DNA of 64,000 nucleotides from Gordius albopunctatus. Lineage: Eukaryota. Numbering within the stretch: the stretch's first letter is position 1; each line of letters starts with the position of its first letter. The DNA lies in contig OZ193910.1 in the NCBI GenBank assembly GCA_964276515.1, positions 4,526,001-4,590,000 of the forward strand, in the 5' to 3' direction. A program made the position numbers and the translations under genes. The notes under the pieces are model-generated. The model saw only the letters and a program-made list of their open reading frames with translations, had not been told where the DNA came from and ran no database searches. Shown piece after piece: positions 1-28,608 of the stretch.

Positions 1-12
1 CTTTTTGATTAT

Positions 13-1601
13 TTGAAAAATCCCCCTAAAAATGCCCTCTACTTAAGTCCTCACTTTCAAAATGAGGTTATATCGATTTGTAATGACCTAATTGTTAAAA
101 AAATAGTCAATAAAATAAACAAATCTCCCTTCTTCACAATTCTTTGTGATGAATCTACTGATATATCAGGGATGCAACAAATGTCCCTGTGTGCTCGATA
201 TATTGACTCTTCTACATTAACAATAAAAGAAGATTTTTTACAGTTTGTGCCAGTTTGTGATACGACTGGAAGAGGGCTAGGCGACTTAATTATAAAGAGC
301 ATAAAAGATCTTAATATAAATATAAATTTTTTAAGAGGTCAGGGATATGATGGGGCCAGAAATATGATTGGAAAATTCAACGGCGTCCAGGCCTATATTT
401 TGAAACCATACCCAACGGCATTGTATGTACATTGTGCTTCCCATTCATTAAATTTGGCACTTTCAGATGCCTGTACCCTTCCTACTATACGGAATTGCAT
501 GGGTATTGTTTCCAAAGTATATGATCTGTTTAAATATTTTGAACGTCATGAAGTTTTAATTGAAATGTTGTCAGAAATGGAAGATAAACCAAATAAGGAG
601 AAATTGAAGCAAGTTTGTGTCACCCGTTGGGCATCACGACATGAAGCTGTTTCCACACACATTTTGCTTCAAGATGCCATATATCCAGCGTTGGAAAAGA
701 TATCTACATGGTATGATCACGATGTTGTAACAGAAGCTGCAACTTTGCTCACTGCATTACGACAAAGTGAATATATTATTTCCCTTCTATGCCTAAATAA
801 ACTCTTTGGCTATACGTCCTTATTATGCAAGCAATTGCAAAAAAGGACCTAGATCTTCAGCAAGTCACACAGTTAGCAGAAGCTTTAGTAAATCAAATGA
901 AATTAATAAGAAACAACGTTGATGAAGTGTTTCGGGAAATTTTTTTAGTAGCCGAAGCTAAGGCTAAGTTGTATGATTTTGACCTTAAGAAACCTCGATA
1001 TGCAAAGAAGCAAACTTGTCGAAGTAATATTTTAACTGAATCCATTGAGGATTATTACAAAATCACTATTTTTATACCTTTGCTCGATATGTTCACTCTA
1101 CAATTCAATGAACGGTTCGTGGACAAGAAACAAGTTTTGGCAAATTTCCAAATATTATTTCCTTCGAATTCTTTGATTGTTTCGCCAGAAACGCGGATGA
1201 AAATAAACTTTTTATGGGACTTTTATTCCAATGATCTTAAGGGGACAAACGAAGACCTTAAATCTAAATTTAATATATGGTATATGGCGTTGTCTCAGAC
1301 GTCAGAAGAATTTGGTCCAAAGAATCCTTTGGACGCCCTATCAGGTTATAAAATATTGGAATCTTTACCCAACATCACAACTCTTCTTTACCTGTTAGCT
1401 TGTCTTCCTATCACTATATGCACCAATGAAAGAAGTTTCTCAACATTGAGGAGGCTTAAAACGTATATAAGAAATACTATTTCGAAAAATAGATTAAATG
1501 GATTGGCCCTTTTAGCGATTCATCGGGAATTAGCTCCCACTCCAGATGAAGTTCTTGAGATATTTTCGCTGGGAAAAAGAAAATATAAAATTATTTTATA
1601 A
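13..1601 (+). pseudogene. hAT transposase (ZMYM1/THAP12-like DUF4371 region plus hAT C-terminal dimerisation domain), split by a single frameshift near 839-844
   Basis: Motifs CDESTD, GQGYDGA, YVHCASHSLNL, TRWASR and TNERSFSTLRRLKTYIRNT..NRLNGLALL. ORF 13-852 and ORF 825-1601 join as KQLQKKDLDL if one A is added to the A6 run. Confidence 0.85.
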
Positions 1602-1650
1602 TGATTTTCTTTATTTAATTTTAATGTTGAAAGGAAAATGCTATAAAAAA

Positions 1651-2250
1651 AGGCCAATCCATTTAATCTATTTTTTGACATAGTATTTCTTATATAAAAG
1701 CTAATAGGTAAAGAAGAGTTGGACGAATTCCTTCTATAATTTATTTTCATTCGCGTTTCTGGCAAAACAGTCAAAGATTCAGAGGTAATATTATTTAAAA
1801 ATTTGCCAAAAGTTGTTTCTTAAGTTCAAAATCATACAACTTAGCCTTAGGTTCGACTACTAATACTAAAGTTTCTGCTAACTGTCTAACTTGCTGAAGA
1901 TCTGGAGGTGCTTTAAAGTTGCAGCTTCTGTTGCAACATCGTAATCATACCAGCTTGCTTCAATTTCTCCTTATTTGGTTTATCTTCCATTTCTGACAAC
2001 ATTTCAACTCATATTTCTGGCTCCACCATATCCCTGGCCTCTTAACAAATTTATATTTATATTGAGATCTTTTATGCTCCTTATAATTAAGTCGCCTAGC
2101 CCTCTTTTATTGTTAATGTAGAAGAGTCAATATATCGAGCACACCAATTAGGTAATTATAAATAGATATAATCTCATTTTAAAAGTGAGGACTTAAGTAG
2201 TAGCACGGTACCTTAAAAGAGCTCTAAAATTGCCATCTCCAGATGACGCT
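1651..2250 (-). repeat. Inverted, multiply internally deleted copy of the adjacent transposase ORF
   Basis: Its reverse complement matches about 11 colinear segments of 38-1509, plus one segment encoding GDGNFRALLRYRA that probably derives from upstream of the window. Confidence 0.9.
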
Positions 2251-2880
2251 GAAAAAAAGAAATCATGAAATTATTTATAATGACTTTCTTTATGTTTTAT
2301 ACCAGATTTTATAATTTTGATGTTGAAATAAAAATGTTATAAAAATTTTTTGGAAATTCCCCCCCCCCCCCCCACAGAGAAAATATTGGCTACGCGCCTG
2401 ATCAATCAGTATAATTATATAAAAAATTAATTAAGTCGCCCAAAGATTCCATATAATGTTTTTATGTGTGTTATTTAAATAGTCAGTGAAAATTTCGATA
2501 ATGCTTAGTAATTTGTACTCATTTTTTTTTATAAAAATTACTCATGTTTAGTTTTTTCATTAAATTTGCTCAGTTTTTTTTGAAAATAATTTTTATCAAA
2601 CAGTTTTGTTAGATTTTATATGAGCATATTTAAGAATTTTTAGTATTTTTTGTAGAGTTAAATTTTAAATTGTTTAAAAGGCCAAAAAGGCTTGTTTTCA
2701 AAATAATTATTAAGTTGTGTAAACTTTAGAGAGCTCAATAATTTACTTAATGGTTGTAAGTTATGAATTAATATTTTTTTATTTATAAGAAAACTACGTT
2801 TTTATCAAGTACATAATTTTATTAACTATATTGAAGTCAAACAAAATAATGCTTAAATTTTAAATCGAGTTAGCTTGTTC

Positions 2881-4062
2881 TAGTGTTACGATCTCGTCTC
2901 GGTCTCGAAAGAAAATCTCGTCTCGTCTCGGGTGCAATTATTGAAATCTCGATCTCGTCTCGTCTCGGCCTAGAAAAATCTCGATCTCGTCTCGACGAGA
3001 ATTCTCGTCTCGTCTCGACTTTTAAAAATAATTATAGCATATATTTTTTTCTGACTCTTATAAATTATTATATAATAAATTGGTCATAATGGGACCAATT
3101 TTTTATCTCAAACTCCAAAACACAAGCTGGGTATCTTAAGACATGAAGCATTATTGGAGGTGTTATATATACTACTTGCCTCGAAGATATAAAGTTGCTA
3201 AACAATAACCTTCATTTCCTGGCTAAGACTCAATAAAAGGATAAAGTTTAATAATATCATCATATTTTAACATAATCAATTTATTGAGATCTTATATAAT
3301 AACGTTAAAATAATGACAAAAATGCGAGAGTAAACTTGTGAAGATATGATTATTAATAACAAGTAATCATCTGAACATTGTAAACACAATAAAATAGGCA
3401 TTTTTGTTGGAAGAAGATAACAGTTTTGAGATCTTACGTTAATTGGACACATATAATTTAAAATATAAAAAAAAATATATATATAATTACATATATGGGT
3501 AGATAAATAAACGTCCCTGGTAGAACGATAGCGAAACCAGGGGATCTGGAGAAAGGGCTTAAAAAAACATTTTATTTGATTCATCCTTGAATACTGTGAA
3601 ATGTTTGAACAGCTTGCTATTTTTTGTGTTGGATGATGAACTTGTTGCGCATAAACTCATTATAGGTGTAAATAATTTTATATTATATAAGCTATACAAA
3701 TAAGTAAAAAATACACAAATACCCTAAGGGCTACTAACATTATGTGTATTAAGATTATATTACAAATTTGAAATTTGCGAGAAGCGGATAATTAGGTGCG
3801 TAAGTAATTACTATCAAAAGTTTCAAAATCATATTAATTTGCATTAAATACCCTAAATTTAAATCTCATAAAATAAAAATTCTTAATTAGCTAAATGAAG
3901 ACTTAATAGATAAAAATTAAAGTCGAGCTCTCGCCGACAAAATCTCGTCTCGTCTCGAGGTCAAAATTCTTGTCTCGATCTCGACTCAATTTTTCAAAAT
4001 CTCGTCTCGGTTTTTCGAGACGAGACGAGACCGAGATTTTTCTCGGTTTTTCCGTATCACTA
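2881..4062. mobile_element. Non-autonomous hAT-type MITE, family A, with (C)GTCTC-rich subterminal repeats
   Basis: Ends TAGTGTTACG.../...CGTATCACTA. Imperfect 8-bp TSD GCTTGTTC/GTTTTTTC. A second copy lies in the opposite orientation at 26338-27256. Confidence 0.85.
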
Positions 4063-4719
4063 GTTTTTTCAATTATCCCTTATTATATAATTTATACCAG
4101 CGCAATAATTTATTTTGATTATTCTCAAATTATTGTAAAATAAAAGCATCTTTTTTGACCAATACAATATTTTTTGTATCTATTCAAAGCTTTTTAGGCT
4201 TTAATAAAATTCCTACCACATGTTTACATATATATTGCTTAAAAAAGGCTGGGCAATTACAACTTCCTTTATCTCATTAGGAAGGAGTGAGTGGCACCTT
4301 TTTTGACCCATTTCTTTCTAAGTGGGTCCAACATACTACAATCATCTTGTTTCCTTATACACTTTGCAAAGCATAATTTATGGCACTAGCCGTATCACTT
4401 ATTAATACTTCAAAAATTTGGTCTACATCAACCAACACATTAACATCACTTGCTAATATTTCAGAAAAAAATTGCAAATAAGAGGATTCGTTATGATATA
4501 TTAGGTTAATTTGTTTATTAAAAAAATAGTAAGTGGAATAAAACAATAAATTACGTAGAGTTCTTTTTGTTGCATAAAATTTCTTCCAACAATTTCTATA
4601 CTTACTGAAAAGTTATCAGATGTTCGCAGTCTATGGCATTATTAATCTAAGGTTGGAGAACCGATAAATATAGTAGCGTTATTGAATTTGTACCCAATAT
4701 ACTGTTTGTCTAAATCCAT

Positions 4720-20844
<16,125 letters not shown>

Positions 20845-22498
20845 TTCCCCACCTATTTAAACACTCCTAAACCATTCGATTACTATTAGTGTGTTGCTTT
20901 AAGCTACTCCTTTTTCCCTTATATATCTTCATACCTCTCTATCTATCTATCTATCTATGTTTTTATAAATGGCCCCAATGGGCCAGGGAGAACATACTGT
21001 AATATATTGTTTGAATTCCTTCGTGACTACCATTGTAGAACTAATGTTTGTACTGACACTAAAGATAGCTTAATCCTCAAGTATATTAGGTTATGGTTAT
21101 TTAAAATGTAAAAAACATTTAAAATATTGAAATTAACAGAATAAAGATATTTATCTTTCGGTGATGGATGTTTGGTCAATAACATCTTTTCATGGTTACC
21201 AGACCCTATTGACTTCGTTGACCTCGAATTGCATGTAAATGCTTCTAGGCTTTAGAATTTTTGTTAAGATTCGCATCTATTATTTTATATCATCATTTTT
21301 TGACACAACTTCTACACTACTCGGAGCAAGTTATTCACTTGAATTTCTTATAAAATTGCCTATTCTTATGACTTCCGAGTTTCTTTTTGCGATCTGTGCT
21401 TATCAAAATGAATTTAAACGTATAATCGAATGCAATTGCTTTTATGAGATGGAAATATTACAGTATGTTCACTTTATCCCTTAATTTGTTCATCACTCTC
21501 TCTAAGTTGATAATTATCTTTCATTTTTTTACACAATTTGTTATGGTTTCTTTTACTAGCCATGTAGTCAACTTTCCGACAAACATTTACATTTTTTACA
21601 TTTGATAAAATATCCACAATCGCCTTTAATTTTAATACTATGTGGATACTGTGCGACCAACCCTTTAAAATACTCAGTTGGCAAAGGATTTATCTCTTTT
21701 ATTTTTCTGTAAAACCATAATTCTTTAATTAATATAATGTTTTTTCTCTCGGTTTGTATTGCTTGTTACGTGAAATTATGAGTCAAATAAAGGTTATGAG
21801 CGTTATTTGGTCATTTTGACAAGCTCTCATTGTAAAAACAACATACATAAATATTTGCACTTAGACATAACTAGTTTTAACAAAAACTATAATATTACTT
21901 TCGATGAATTACTATGAGTATAAGCAGTGGCCTAGCTAGGACCTATGGCCTACCCCACCCTTTATCGAAAATTTATACTTGTGTTATTTTGTAAATAAAA
22001 ATAATTTAAAAAAATATTTATTATTTTTTTAGATTAGCTGGCGGATTTTTTATTTATCATTATTTAGTTATATCTTGCTCCCTTGCAAATTTCACCTCAA
22101 GATTATGAAAAATAATTAGCAATCAAAGTTCAACATATGTTTAAAATATAATATACAAAAAATTGTTTGAATTAATGTGAGCCATTTATTTCGCCTTTAG
22201 CTATAATGCCTATAAAACGTTAGTATTAGGACCTTATTGAATTGCAAAGTATTATGCCTAGCAAGCTAAATATCTAAAAGGCAAGCTCTGTCTGAACTTT
22301 GCACAGTATAACATAGTTTTATCGTGAAACCACATTCAACAATTATGAAAGTTAAATATTAAATATGCTGACACCATTTTTACATTTTAAGTTTTAAAAG
22401 AGGATTTTTTACAAATGATATTCGGTTTAATAAGGTTGTTTGGTTTAATATGAATATTAGATATTCAACGGGCTATTTTTAGAAGGTTGGCTTGTCCT

Positions 22499-23032
22499 TA
22501 TAGGCCTGCAAAGTCACTTTTTTCAACCCGAATCCGACCCGAAAGCGTTTTTAAATTTTCGACCCGAACCCGACCCGAAAGCGTTTTTAAACAATAATAA
22601 ATAATCATTTGTTAATATTTTATATTTCGTGATTCAACCTTAAATTGAATCTTTAACTATATCTTTATGTAGTTAAATTCATAATTTACTCTATAGACTA
22701 TAAACAATAATAAATACTCATTTGTTAATATTTTACCTTTCGTGATTCAGCTTTAAATTTAAATTTGCCTCCAAATTAAACGAATTAAAAAAATAGGAAA
22801 GGAAATTGATTATATGAATGAATGATTATAATTATTTATACAATTCGATATTGTTTTACAAAAATTATAGATAATAGCATTAATTTAACAAATATGTTTC
22901 GTTCATTTTGTAATGTAAGATTCATATCCTTTGACCCGACTCTATAAACCCGACCCGACCCGAAGGCATTCTAAAATTTTTTAACCCGACCCGACCTCGG
23001 GTCGGCTTTCAGGTGACCCGTGCAGGCCTCTA
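22499..23032. mobile_element. hAT-type MITE with CCCGA subterminal repeats
   Basis: TIR TATAGGCCTGCA/TGCAGGCCTCTA; 8-bp TSD CTTGTCCT/CTTGTTCT. Confidence 0.8.
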
Positions 23033-23049
23033 CTTGTTCTTACCAGTTT

Positions 23050-23520
23050 TACAAAATCAGGCCCGTTTGAGCTCGTCCGTAACTTTTGGTGTACACTTCA
23101 GGCCATTCCGTACCTGTTTGGAAAATTTTCAGACCCTTTAGTAATTTTTTCCATGGACTTCATGTTTGGCCCCTAATCAAAGTCGGTCCAGCCCGAACCA
23201 CTAATAAATTCAAAATTTATTACTATTTTACAGATTTTATAAGGTATCCGAGCAAATTGAATAGGTGAATATTTTTAAGGGTTTGACTATAATCCTCACA
23301 AAATATTATTGAGATAATTTCTTTATTAATAACTCCGAGTGTTGTGATGTGCTCAACATCATATTCTTAATATTTTTCACTGAGTTTATTTATGCGAAAA
23401 TGGGGTTGTAAGAAAGATTTTTTCTAGATTATAATTTAAAAATTAGAATGACTGCTAAGCGTTAAAGATATGTTCCTAATTAGATATCTACATGTCTATA
23501 GTTGCCACTCAGTCCTTTCT
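23050..23520. repeat. Dispersed repeat; inverted relative of ~54050-54480
   Basis: For example, GCTAAGCGTTAAAGATATG..CTAATTAGATATCTACATGTCTATAGTTG here matches its reverse complement near 54057-54108. Confidence 0.6.
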
Positions 23521-25274
23521 AAGTGTAATTTTTATATCTGGAAATGCCCCTATGTTAGAGTATTGCGAGCTATCTTAAAATACATACTATGCCTTAGAAA
23601 AACACCAAACATATGCTTGTAGGTTGATGTAGAAGCACGTAACTCGTTACACTGTAGTACAGGTTAAATAAATTTAGACATTAGCGATGCCCTAAAATCG
23701 ATGCCATTATGAATTTTTATAAAAGTATAATCAAGAGTTGATAGTTATTATTAATAATTGTAAAGAAGAGACTATATGAGTTAGTGATTTGCAAGCATAA
23801 GGAGTTGCTTATTTAATGGTGCGGAGAGGTTAATTTGAAATCATTTTAAAGTGTAAATACTCAATTAGCAATTTATATTTAACATACACCGCAAGATATT
23901 TGCGAACTAATATAAATAATTGTTTTAATTAACGCTAATTGGGAAGTCAATTAATCCCGAAAATTATTCTTTTAGGTAGAAATGGAGTTTATACAAAATA
24001 ATTAGGCCAGTGTTGGCGACCAGACTTGGAGATGGCTAGGTTACGAAGTGAGATGTTTGGTTTGTAAGAGGGGGATTCTTATTTCAAGAATTCGGTTCGT
24101 CGTTTTTAGTTTCAAGGAAAACAGGTTTTAGACGATCGATTAAAACGTTGGTTTTTCTTTACATGATACCACAAATTATGGGGTTAAGGTTCTGCCTACT
24201 TTATCTATCCTGATCAAAACGTATGGTTTTTAAGTTATTAGAAATATGTTGTCTAATGTTTCATGGGCGAAGGGGGGAGGGGTCTGTGAAAGGAAGTTTA
24301 TTGAAATGGTGTCGTAGATGTCGAATAAAATTGATCGTTTTTGTGTCCTTATCTGATGCTAGTACAAAGTCTTCCGGTAAGTGTTAATATGTGCCATATA
24401 CAATTTCGGCTGGAACAATATAGGTCTTTCATGACTAATAGACTGCTCATCTCTTATATATTCATGCATCAAAGTGTTGCAAAAGACGACCGCCATTTTG
24501 AAAATCTACGTAAAATTTGTATACCGATGGATTGTATAATTCAATAAGCACTGATTAACACAACCTATTTTAATCATTATAGGGATTTTAAAAATTCATC
24601 AAACCATATGAATTGGCCAAAATTCATGTTAAAAAATAAGTTCCAGTTTAGATGGCGCTATAAAAGTTATTTTTATTGTTATATCAATATTTTAATTTTC
24701 AAAAGCTCATGGTGATAAAACTGTAAATGATTTACATTTTTATATAAAAATAAGAACTAGTTACCTTTCCAAAAATTGAACTATGAACTTGACACAAAAA
24801 TTCCAAGGTTCAACAAGAAAAATTAACCGGCAAACTGTTTGCAGATTCTAGGAGAGTTTTTCACGGTGAACACAAATATGTTTTTAGTTTTTAACCTATA
24901 CGTCAAATTTTTTTAAATATTCGCTGTCAAAGTTGCCAAAAACGCGGTTTAGCGTTGTTCAAACGTCAATAACTTGCAAATTAGTCGGTAAAAATTTTAT
25001 TTAATAGATTTAATATGTAGATATAGGGGAGAGGAATGTATTTACAATTTTTTTTATCGTAGCAGTTTTACTTTTTAAATTATATACAAAATTAATTATC
25101 CCTATCTTTTAATTGACAAATTACACCAGACTTGAGGGCGCCCTCCCTTCTCTTCAACACTAGGAATTAAGTGCGTGTTGTTGTTTTGGTAATAGTAGTA
25201 GTAGAGTAGATTAGACGTGTTAACAGTAAATATATATATTAATAACCAGTTGTTTCAATTTATCTTCGATACAG

Positions 25275-28258
25275 GCGCTACGGTATCGATAATAGCGGCG
25301 CGTAGATGGGGAAGGTGCTCTCACGCAACAAAGAGCCCGTCCCGACGGTGTACGCATACGGCCACGAGGAAATAAAGATTGTAGCCAAGGTGCAAGTCGA
25401 TTTCCGAATCGGTAACACGAGGAAACAGCTGCCGTTATTGTCAGACGTAGCTGGACCGCCGTTGTGCGGGATCGATTGGATCCAAGAATTCGAGCCGAAA
25501 TTTGGCGACGAATATGTTGAAACTCGAGAGCTGCTGCTGAACGGTTTGCTGTCAAATACGTGGAAAGGCCGAAGGATACCAAATCGAACGGGAGGCGCTG
25601 CCGGTGTTCTATGGACTAATAAAGTTCAATGAATATATACAAAGACGAAGCGTTTCAATATGACGGATCATAGACCGCTAGTATATATATTTTTTTAAAG
25701 CAAAAGGGCCAAAGAACAATGGTCGCCACGTCTAACTAGGTGGGCGCTCATGGTATCAGGTTACACGACCAAGTTTGAGTACAACAAGGGATCCGAAAAC
25801 ATGGCAGATTTCTTGTCCAGAAAACAGAACGAACACGCATATCATGTTAGCGAGGAAATGTCAGAAGATTTGTCGAATCCAGTCATATCATTGGACTTGG
25901 TGGGACAACACGCCTTAGACGATCCAGAACTACGTCAGTTAAAAAAGAGGATAAGAGGGAAACACAATGGTCACTTATGGGCTAAAATGCTCCTACGAAA
26001 CACCTGCCAAAGTTACATGAAAGAAAAAACATAATATTTTACAAAGGGCGACGAATATTAATTCCGGCTAAGTTAGGAGGAGTTGTACTCCAAAGACTAC
26101 ATAGGGGCCACGTGGGTATTTAGCGAATGCAAGAAGTGGCGTGGCGTGGCAGTATATATGGTGGCTTACTCTCGACTATGACTTATTGAGCGTAGCAAAA
26201 GGGTGCTGGAATTGCAATTACACTGCCGCTGCGGCGAAGAAGGCACCGTCGATAGAGTGTCAACCTAGCCATAGACCTTGAGTTCAAGTAGATTAGGACA
26301 TCATGGGCCCTCTCAGAGGTAAGTCATACTTGGTGATTAGTGATGCGGAAAAACCGAGAAAAATCTGTCGAGATCGAGACGAGAATTTTGACCTCGAGAC
26401 GAGACGAGATTTTATCGGCGAGATCTCGACTTTAATTTTTATCTATTAAGTCTTCATTTAGCTAATTAAGAATTTTTATTTTATGAGATATAAATTTAGG
26501 GTATTTAATGCAAATTAATATGATTTTGAAACTTTTGATAGTATTTACTTACGCAGCTAATTATCTGCTTCGCGCAAATTTCAAATTTGTAATATAATCT
26601 TAATAGACATAGTGTTAGTAGCCCTTAGGATATATATTACTTATTTGTATAGCTTATATAATATAAAATTATTTAGACCTATAATGTGTTCATGCACAAC
26701 AAGTTCATCATCCAAAAAAAAGAGCAAGCTTCTCAAACATTTCACAGTATTAAAGTATGAATCAAATAAAATGGAGAAGTGTAAATTGTGCTTTGAAAAT
26801 TTTTTTATATTTTAAGTTATATATGTGCAATTGATGTAAGATCTCAAAACTGTTATGTTCTTCCAACAAAAATGCATATTTTATTGTATTTACAATGTTC
26901 AGATAATTACTTGTTATTAATAATGATATGTTCAAAAGTTTACTCTCGCAATTTTGTCATTATTTTAACGTTATTATATAAGATCTCAATAAATTCATTA
27001 TGTTAAAATATGATGATATCATTAAACTTTATCCTTTTATTGAGCCTTAGCCAGGAAATGAAAGTTATTGTTTAGCAACTCTATACCCTCGAGGCAATAG
27101 TATATATAACACCTCCAATAACGCTTCCTGCCTTAAGATACCCATCTGAGATCGAGATTTTTCTAGGCCGAGACGAGACGAGATCGAGATTTTAATTATT
27201 GCACCCGAGACGAGAAGAGATTTTGCTTTCGAGACCGAGACGAGCTCGCAACACTACTGCTGATGGTGGACAATGGCTTTAAATGGGTACAGGTGTTCAA
27301 ATTAGAAGACACCACAGCGACCACTATTATAAAAAAACTTGCCGAAACGTTTGCAATATTTGAAAATTGACCATTTTTAATATCAGATAACGGGCCGCAA
27401 TTCAAAGGGCAAGAATTACAGAGTTTTTGCATGATGATAGGAATCAATCAGCGATGGACAGCCCCTTATCACCCGGCGTTTAAGGGTTTGGCAGAAAGGT
27501 ACGTACGATTAATTAAAGAAGCCTTTATAAGAAACGAGTCGGAAGTAGGGCTTTTTGTAAAACTACAGAGCTACAAAACACCCCACAACCAATAAAAGCC
27601 CAGCTGAGGTGATTCTAAAAAGGAGGAGCGAACCAAATGGGGGGGGGGGGGGTATTGAGGTAAACCGTACCACAACAATGGTTAGAGACCAGGAACCCGC
27701 GTATGTTTAACGTAGGAGACATTGTTTGGTACGCATGTTTTTGGGACCAGCAAATGGGTAGAAGGCACTATAAAAGCCAAGCACGGTAGTCGTTCCTAAG
27801 ATGTGTGTGCACAGAGAAGAAAGCACTACCGACACGTAGATCAAGTAAGGAAACGGAAAATTCTGGATTGGACTACACTAAAACAAGAGATCGGGTGGCC
27901 GCAAAGGATATCATCAGAAGGGGAAGCGGGAACAAGTGCTAAAGGGAACAAACGCCAAATCGGACAAGTGTTGCAAGGGAACAAATTCACAACCAGTCAG
28001 GAACGCCCAAGAACATTCATACCCTCAGCGTAGTCGGAAACCGCCAGCATTTCTTAAGGATTTTATCTGTGAAAAGGGGAGAATTGTAGGAAGATAATTG
28101 AGTGCGGAGTGCCTTGAGCGATAAGTAAATTACTAAATGGTAAAATGTTACTGGTAATGCCTCAAGTGACAATAAAATTTTTGTATATATGATTATCATT
28201 CTTACTATTTTAATATCCTTTCGTAACGTGTTTTGGATATTATTTCCCCGCTCTTAAC
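25275..28258 (+). mobile_element. Decayed Gypsy (Ty3) LTR retrotransposon remnant: protease-like, RNase H and integrase fragments, PPT and putative 3' LTR
   Basis: TDHRPLVY and RLTRWALMVSGYTTKFEY..NMADFLSR (RNase H end); LHRGHVGI (integrase Zn finger); SYLVMVD..KW, SDNGPQF and TAPYHPA (integrase core). PPT AAAAGGGGAGAAT near 28072-28084 precedes a TG...CA segment. Many stops and frameshifts. Confidence 0.8.
26338..27256. mobile_element. hAT-type MITE family A inserted in the Gypsy integrase
   Basis: Reverse-orientation homologue of 2881-4062; TSD TTGGTGAT/CTGCTGAT. Confidence 0.85.
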
Positions 28259-28464
28259 AAGGTTTGTTTAAAGCTTTTATAAATCTATGTTCATAGAAAT
28301 ATATTGTGCGCTGTGTAATATTTTTATCATTAGACAAATAAGATTTGCAAGATTCTCTTTCAAACAACACATCGACGATCTTACTTTTTTTATATAATAT
28401 TTGGCCGATATCAAATATAATTTAGCCTCCATATATAAGCGCACTATTAGGAATCTTTAAGAGG

Positions 28465-28608
28465 ATTTTTACCCTCATAATTAATGTTCTTCATAGATAT
28501 ATTTTACTTATCTGACGATGTCCTCTATGAGGACGAAATATTATATTAACTACAATAATTTTTTAACACCCTCGACAATTCCCGAAAATATATCTATAAA
28601 GAACATTA
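28465..28608 (+). mobile_element. Penelope pseudo-LTR-derived mini element with a hammerhead-like core (28512-28538)
   Basis: CUGACGA-U-GUCCUC-UAU-GAGGAC-GAAA. Inverted ends TAATGTTCTTCATAGATAT/ATATCTATAAAGAACATTA. Flanking ~19-bp direct repeat ATTAGGAATCTT..AGAGG at 28446-28464 and 28605-28624. Confidence 0.7.

Larger units (their letters stand above)
1..2400 (+). mobile_element. hAT-superfamily DNA transposon, 3' part (5' end lies outside the window); putative right TIR ...GGCTACGCGCCTG at 2388-2400
   Basis: Transposase ORFs at 13-1601 are followed by a 3' region, a poly-C tract and a terminus resembling the GGCTACGCCCATG TIR of the small MITEs elsewhere in the window. Confidence 0.75.

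Noticed and set aside
836..853. Programmed -1 ribosomal frameshift at AAAAAAG
   Set aside because: The heptamer is not in the X-XXY-YYZ phase of the upstream frame, no stimulatory structure is visible, and hAT transposases are not known to use this mechanism.
1520..1774. Minus-strand 84-aa ORF containing transposase-like peptides
   Set aside because: It is a by-product of the inverted mosaic, stitched from non-adjacent fragments, and is not an independent gene.
2890..3020. CRISPR-like array from the repeated TCTCGTCTCG motifs
   Set aside because: The repeats are short and irregular, with no unique spacers, and the context is eukaryotic; they are MITE subterminal repeats.
25176..25272. 5' LTR of the Gypsy remnant
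   Set aside because: The TG...CA segment is followed by a PBS-like GGCGCTACGG, but it does not resemble the putative 3' LTR after the PPT, so an LTR pair cannot be supported.
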